A stretch of DNA of 64,000 bases from positions 16,923-80,922 of the forward strand of contig RDNZ01000008.1 of NCBI GenBank assembly GCA_011364905.1. The letters are read 5' to 3'. The notes under the pieces are model-generated. The model was not told where the DNA came from, did no database searches, and saw only the letters and a list, made by a program, of their open reading frames with translations. This document shows, piece after piece, positions 62,923 through 64,000 of the stretch. The first letter of the stretch is position 1. Each line of letters starts with the position of its first letter. This DNA is from Candidatus Thorarchaeota archaeon. GTDB taxonomy: Archaea; Asgardarchaeota; Thorarchaeia; Thorarchaeales; Thorarchaeaceae. The position numbers and the translations under genes are program-made.

Positions 62923-63432
62923 ATGGAACACCGTTATTGTACGAATTGCGGAAGTGCGCTTGTTGCCTCCGACGATGAAGACTGGGATTATGTGTGCTTA
63001 AAGTGCGAAAAGAAATACTATAGCAATCCAATCCCCGCCGTCGCAGCTCTTGTTTTCAAAGATGAGAAACTTGTGATTGTAAGTTCGAAAAACAAGGATC
63101 TTTGGGGGCTCCCAGGTGGGTTTGTTGAAACGGGAGAGTCACTCGAAGATGCCATTGTTCGTGAAGTCAAAGAAGAAACTGGCTTACAAATCAGAGTCGC
63201 TGATTTTCTTGCATCGTATCCTCTACTGAAAAATCAGACAGAGATGGTTTTCATAGTGTTTATCACAGAAGTTCTTGATGGTGTGCCTGTCGCTGGTGAC
63301 GATGTGAAGGAATTGAAGATTCTAACACCTTCAGACGCCTTAGGCCACCTGACTGGAGAGTTCGCCAAAAAAGCAGTCGAATATTGGAATTTACTGTCTT
63401 CTAAGAAGCAGAGTTCAGGCCCTTTTCCATAG
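62923..63432 (+). CDS. NUDIX hydrolase with N-terminal zinc ribbon
   Basis: YCTNCG...CLKC; Nudix box GGFVETGESLEDAIVREVKEETGL. Confidence 0.92.
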   Translation: MEHRYCTNCGSALVASDDEDWDYVCLKCEKKYYSNPIPAVAALVFKDEKLVIVSSKNKDLWGLPGGFVETGESLEDAIVREVKEETGLQIRVADFLASYPLLKNQTEMVFIVFITEVLDGVPVAGDDVKELKILTPSDALGHLTGEFAKKAVEYWNLLSSKKQSSGPFP

Positions 63433-63473
63433 CAAATCCGCCTCTCCAGATATGCAGACGATACAAAACTAAA

Positions 63474-63548
63474 TGGGGCCCAGGGGGGGAATTGAACCCC
63501 CTTCAAAGGAGCCACAATCCTTTATGCTGCCGGTACACCACCTAGGCC
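63474..63548 (-). tRNA. tRNA-His(GTG), with encoded G-1 and CCA
   Basis: G-GCCTAGG...AAGGA-TTGTGGC-TCCTT...GGGGG-TTCAATT-CCCCC-CCTGGGC-C-CCA; no intron. Confidence 0.93.
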
Positions 63549-63694
63549 ATAGTTCTCGTGGCGTTTGAGGCTCAGCGATTTTCTCTTATTAGCTTATCCT
63601 TCTAGAACTCCAAAGATGTTTCATTATCTGCTTTAATGGCAATATTATAGTAAGATACTGGATATCCCAGACTCTGACAACCTAAGGATGTGAT

Positions 63695-64000
63695 ATGCAC
63701 TTGCGATTAGGCCTTGCACAAATGGAATTGAGACTTGGGGATATTGATTACAATGTGGAACAAGCTAAGTATTTGCTAGGGAATGCCGAAAGCAATCATG
63801 TTGATATATTAGTTCTCCCGGAAATGGCGAATTCTGGCTATTATTTCAATTCGTATGAAGAGGTGGAGCGAGCCTCTGAAAAGATACCTTCTGGTCCTTT
63901 ATCGAGAGAACTAGTCAAATGGTCTCGGAATGGACACCTCGTTGTAGCAGGGATTAATGAATCGGCAGAGGAGGGTCTCTATAACTCCGCAGCTGTTATG
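63695..64000 (+). CDS. Carbon-nitrogen hydrolase (nitrilase superfamily); 3'-partial
   Basis: MHLRLGLAQM...GDIDYN...VDILVLPEMANSGY...LYNSA; not in the ORF track because it runs off the window. Confidence 0.88.
   Translation, partial: MHLRLGLAQMELRLGDIDYNVEQAKYLLGNAESNHVDILVLPEMANSGYYFNSYEEVERASEKIPSGPLSRELVKWSRNGHLVVAGINESAEEGLYNSAAVM

Noticed and set aside
1-64000. CRISPR arrays, IS elements/integrases, rRNA, inteins
   Set aside because: No regularly spaced short repeats, transposase/integrase motifs, rRNA-like segments or intein motifs were recognised by eye

Overview
Window from an archaeal chromosome, most likely an Asgard archaeon and probably Thorarchaeota-like. This is an inference from TFB, DGGGP synthase, archaeal AspRS/ArgRS, and many eukaryotic-signature proteins: ESCRT-I/II/III, Vps4, longin, Yip1, Ras-like proteins and an LRR protein. 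About 30 kb (2679-32290) encodes two translationally coupled, paralogous giant single-pass surface proteins of 5889 and 3981 aa. Both have DUF2341+LamG lectin modules, a long Ig-like stalk and a conserved cytoplasmic tail with three-helix repeats. Next to them are a cytoplasmic LRR protein and two tandem Ras/Rab-like proteins with degenerate G1/G3 motifs (probable pseudo-GTPases). An ESCRT cluster (38557-43616) has an unusual architecture: an apparent Vps28N-Vps22 fusion, Vps25, Vps4, ESCRT-IIIA, and a Zn-finger/coiled-coil/PH-GRAM/steadiness-box protein, with no UEV or ubiquitin gene in the window. The remainder is mostly housekeeping: aspS, argS, tldD/pmbA, tfb with a structured leader, a tRNA methyltransferase, endonuclease IV, DGGGPS, ECF S components, hypB, MgtE-like transporters, NUDIX and tRNA-His. 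There is also an orphan DNA methyltransferase and a frameshifted ornithine cyclodeaminase/alanine dehydrogenase remnant. All family assignments come from motif recognition by eye; no database searches were run.
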